From Thermoplasmatota archaeon (lineage in GTDB: Archaea; Thermoplasmatota; E2; JACPAO01; JAHFTW01), in contig DATLBS010000030.1 of NCBI GenBank assembly GCA_035526765.1, forward strand, positions 191,153 through 255,152: a stretch of DNA of 64,000 nt, written 5' to 3'. Shown here in pieces: positions 61,272 through 64,000 of the stretch. The number at the start of each line of letters is the position of its first letter. Position 1 is the stretch's first letter. Position numbers and translations under genes: made by a program. Under the pieces are notes generated by a model. The model was not told where the DNA came from and made no database searches. It was given only the letters and a program-made list of their open reading frames with translations.

Positions 61272-62909
61272 TCAGGCGCGGCGCCGGAAGGCCAGCGCGG
61301 CCAGCAGCATCGCCGCCAGCGGCACGAAGGCGGGCAGGGGCGTGCCCTTGCCGGTGTCCGTCGTGCCGTCGCCGTCGGAGTCGGGGTCCTGCTCGTTGGC
61401 GATGCCGTCGCCGTCCCGGTCCGGGTCCTGGTCGTTGGGGATGCCGTCGGCGTCCAGGTCGGTGGCCGTGGTCGCGACATCCGATTTCGCGAACAGTCCC
61501 CTGCCCTCGGTCTGCCGCATGACGCGGGCGGCGCGGTCGCGGTACCCCTGGCTTCCCGTCTTGAGGGTGGAGGCGCACTCGCGGGTGCAGCCGTCCGCGA
61601 ACCCGATGACCATGCGGCCGTTGGAGTCGATGTCCATGTCCTTGAAGTCCAGCAGGTTGCGGCAGGCGCCCGAGCCGTCCACGACGACATCGTACATGCC
61701 ACCCAGCTGCACCGGGTCGTCGCTGACGCGCTTGACGGTCCAGGTCTGCCCGGCGTCATAGCTGGCAGCGATGTAGGAACGCCACACCAGGTCCTCCTGG
61801 CGCTCGTCGCAGTTGTAGATGCGGTCTGAGCGCAGGTAGGTGCGGTTGGCGGCGGTCTCCTCGAGGCCGAAGAAGCTCAGGGCCACGCGGTCGTCGTCGC
61901 CGGCCTCCACGTCCGTGAAGGAGCCGGCCCACACGGGCGGGCTGGCCAGGAGGCCGAGGTCGAGCCAGCCGGTCGCGGCGCCGTGCGAGGAGCCCAGCGG
62001 CTCCCAGGTCTTCCCCTCGTCCTTGGTGAGGGCGACGTGGACGCCGTGCTCCGATGCCATCGCATAATACATCCAGCCGGAGGCGCGGGTGAACTGCAGG
62101 CTCGGGTCGAAGCCGTTGGCCCACTCCTCGGTCCCGGGGACCTCGTTGGATTTCCAGGTGAGCCCCCCGTCGGCGGTCGAGAGGAAGCCGTGGCGTTCGC
62201 CGCATGCGCCGGTGGGCACCGCCACGAAGCCGTCGCGCGGGTTGACCTGAAGGTGCCCGTGGAAGCCGTGGCAGGCGCCCGGGACGTCCACGAACGGTCC
62301 CCAGACCTGGCCGCCGTCGAGGCTGCGCGCGCAACTGATGGTGCCTCCCTGAGCGCAGTAGTAGGCCACGTGCCCGCCCTCGGAGGTGACCGGCAAGGGT
62401 CCGGCGGGCGGCCCGGTGCCGACGGTCTGGTGGTCGAAGTTGGACCCGCTGCACATGTTGATGGAGGGCAGCCAGGTGGCTCCGTCGTCGTCGGAGATCA
62501 TCATCTCGCTGCAGGGGCCGAGGAGGCCGCCGGCGAAGACGCGACCGGTCGTGACGTCGGCGTAGATCATGGGGTCGAGGTTCTGCGGGACCTGGTAGGG
62601 AGGGGTGACATCGGCCCACGTGGGCTTGCCTGCGGCGTCGAAGCGGGCGCGGTACGTGTGGACGCCGGCATGGTAGAACACGGAGTCGGTGGTCCACGGG
62701 ATGCCCAGGGTGGGCTCCGAGGCACCGGTGGCCGCAGGCACGGCGAACTCGGTGAAGGCGGGGGCTCCCGACTGGCCGAAGGAGGCAGTTGCGTCCGGGA
62801 CGAGGACCAGGGTGAGCGTCAGGACGGCAACGAGCGGGAAGAGGATGCGCACGTCCCTTCGGAAGCTGGCTGCTTCATCAAGGTTGGGGGGCGCCCCTGC
62901 GCCTGCCAA
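61272..62909 (-). CDS. Secreted BNR/Asp-box repeat (sialidase-like propeller) protein with TSP3-like Ca-binding repeats and a C-terminal archaeosortase-type sorting signal
   Basis: Five SxDxGxTW Asp-boxes. DLDADGIPNDQDPDRDGDGIANEQDPDSDGDG. C-terminus PLPAFVPLAAMLLAALAFRRRA. TTG start. Confidence 0.7.
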   Translation of the reverse strand: MAGAGAPPNLDEAASFRRDVRILFPLVAVLTLTLVLVPDATASFGQSGAPAFTEFAVPAATGASEPTLGIPWTTDSVFYHAGVHTYRARFDAAGKPTWADVTPPYQVPQNLDPMIYADVTTGRVFAGGLLGPCSEMMISDDDGATWLPSINMCSGSNFDHQTVGTGPPAGPLPVTSEGGHVAYYCAQGGTISCARSLDGGQVWGPFVDVPGACHGFHGHLQVNPRDGFVAVPTGACGERHGFLSTADGGLTWKSNEVPGTEEWANGFDPSLQFTRASGWMYYAMASEHGVHVALTKDEGKTWEPLGSSHGAATGWLDLGLLASPPVWAGSFTDVEAGDDDRVALSFFGLEETAANRTYLRSDRIYNCDERQEDLVWRSYIAASYDAGQTWTVKRVSDDPVQLGGMYDVVVDGSGACRNLLDFKDMDIDSNGRMVIGFADGCTRECASTLKTGSQGYRDRAARVMRQTEGRGLFAKSDVATTATDLDADGIPNDQDPDRDGDGIANEQDPDSDGDGTTDTGKGTPLPAFVPLAAMLLAALAFRRRA

Positions 62910-62975
62910 CCGCCACGAATTCCACGGAGTGCACGAAGCCCACGTGTTCGTGGGTTCCGTGGTTTTGGGGGGAGA

Positions 62976-63263
62976 CTAGCGACGCCGGCTCTCCCGCAGG
63001 ACCTTGAACGCCTCGAATTCCCCCGTGGCCGGCTCTTCCCGGGTCTCGACGTGCCGCACCTTCGCCCGCTCCGGGCCGTGGTGGCACCACTCGGCCACCG
63101 CGTCCACGGCGAACGGCGTGCCCTCCAGGACCGCCTCCACCCTTCCGTCCGGCAGGTTGCGCACCCACCCCTTCACGTTGTACTGCTCCGCCTGCCGTCG
63201 GGTGGACTCCCGGAACATCACGCCCTGCACCACCCCTGTGATGTAGAGGTGCAGCCGTTTCAC
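62976..63263 (-). CDS. acyP: Acylphosphatase
   Basis: VKRLHLYITGVVQGVMFR…GWVRNLPDGRVEAVLEG… are the AcyP motifs. GTG start, 95 aa. Confidence 0.8.
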   Translation of the reverse strand: MKRLHLYITGVVQGVMFRESTRRQAEQYNVKGWVRNLPDGRVEAVLEGTPFAVDAVAEWCHHGPERAKVRHVETREEPATGEFEAFKVLRESRRR

Positions 63264-63322
63264 GCCCCACGGAGCTCCGACCCGGCATAGTACGCCACCG
63301 GAATCGACACGCTTGCGACACG

Positions 63323-64000
63323 ATGCCCCGACCTGAACCTGTTCGATGTCCCGTTGAACCCGTGCAAAACGTTCATGGCGCGGTGGGGGATTGCGCGGGC
63401 ACCTTCGTGGCCGAGCCCCCTCCCCGACCCGCCAAGACGCAGTGCCCCGCCCCTGCCGGCACCGCCCACCTTCTGGGCCAGGACGCGCTGCTTTTCCTGG
63501 CCGACCTGCACCACCGCTTCGAGCCCGTGCGGCAGCGACTCCTGCAGGCCCGCCGGCACCGCCAGGGACTCTGGGACCAAGGCGAGCGGCTGGCGTTCCT
63601 GCCAAGGTCGGGTGGCATCCTGTCGGCGTGGCGAGTCCCCCCCGCTCCGTCCGACCTGCGCGACCGCCGCGTCGAGATCACCGGGCCCACCGAACGCAAG
63701 ATGATGGTCAACGCCCTCAACTCGGGAGCCAAGGTGTTCATGGCCGACTTCGAGGACGCCACGAGCCCGACGTGGGGCAACCTCCTGGAGGGGCAGCGGA
63801 ACCTCCACGACTACGTCCACGGCCGCCTCGAGCACACCGGGCCCGACGGGAAGGCCTACCAGGTGGGACCCGACCCGGCGACCCTCGTCGTGCGCCCCCG
63901 CGGCTGGCACCTGCCTGAACGCCACTTGCTGGTGGACGGCCAGCCCATGTCGGGCTCCCTCTTCGACGCGGGGACGTTCCTCTTCCACAACGCCGCGGCC
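63323..64000 (+). CDS. aceB: Malate synthase A (AceB-type). 3' end is outside the window.
   Basis: …RRVEITGPTERKMMVNALNSGAKVFMADFEDATSPTWGNLLEGQRNL…VVRPRGWHLPERHLLVDG…GSLFDAGTFLFHN is near-identical in pattern to E. coli AceB. The frame was not listed as an ORF because it runs off the window. Confidence 0.8.
   Translation, partial: MPRPEPVRCPVEPVQNVHGAVGDCAGTFVAEPPPRPAKTQCPAPAGTAHLLGQDALLFLADLHHRFEPVRQRLLQARRHRQGLWDQGERLAFLPRSGGILSAWRVPPAPSDLRDRRVEITGPTERKMMVNALNSGAKVFMADFEDATSPTWGNLLEGQRNLHDYVHGRLEHTGPDGKAYQVGPDPATLVVRPRGWHLPERHLLVDGQPMSGSLFDAGTFLFHNAAA

Noticed and set aside
63354-63918. Listed ORFs 63354-63704 and 63391-63918
   Set aside because: The third frame encodes an unmistakable malate synthase A that runs off the window, which is why it was not listed. 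The listed ORFs are its off-frames.

Overview
This 64 kb window is a high-GC (about 68%) chromosomal segment that is archaeal with high probability. It carries archaeal signature genes, all well supported by sequence: purP (FAICAR synthetase), aIF5B, TiaS agmatidine synthetase, Nep1/Emg1, Trm5/Taw2-like methyltransferase, diphthine synthase plus a Dph6-like PP-loop ATPase, A/V-type ATPase subunit D, archaeal-type uL11, and a tRNA-Lys(CUU) with no encoded CCA. I call about 68 protein-coding genes and 1 tRNA, densely packed on both strands. Many operons are translationally coupled through ATGA/TGATG stop-start overlaps, and many genes start with GTG or TTG.

Housekeeping genes include NadE, Ndk, Dus, PepP, AsnB, CtaA-CtaB, Lhr helicase, two ABC-2 exporters, MFS/POT transporters and a 3'-truncated malate synthase at the window edge. 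These are interleaved with an unusually large set of secreted or surface proteins. The surface proteins have signal peptides or lipoboxes, N-glycosylation sequons, Thr/Pro and poly-Pro linkers, FG-GAP, PQQ and BNR propellers, a recurring roughly 95-aa expansin-D2-like module, and three C-terminal P-x-F + TM + RRR tails that look like archaeosortase sorting signals.

I found no CRISPR array, no IS element and no rRNA. The observations I would follow up first are:
- a glutaredoxin / AsnB-like amidotransferase / ATP-grasp ligase operon (40903-44082) that may make a low-molecular-weight thiol or peptide amide, next to a Dph6-like gene and a C-N hydrolase;
- two intergenic arrays with the same unusual architecture, three hexamer or heptamer direct repeats at 9-bp spacing facing an inverted array (CACGGA at 7157-7265, CACAGAT at 46597-46662);
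- a purine-rich 67-bp tandem repeat with six GGTGTCC cores (25840-26100);
- a C13 homopolymer in a divergent promoter (10210-10222), and a G7 tract whose length decides whether a secreted protein has an ATG start (32084-32090);
- an A-type ATPase subunit D gene with no other ATPase genes nearby, co-transcribed with two small zinc-ribbon paralogs;
- a SET-domain methyltransferase overlapping a copper-motif membrane protein;
- an alpha/beta hydrolase gene whose N-terminal HGxG motif lies upstream of any start codon, which suggests a frameshift;
- a diverged tandem duplication of a gene's 3' end (13848-13947).

All functional calls come from motif and family recognition by eye. I ran no searches.
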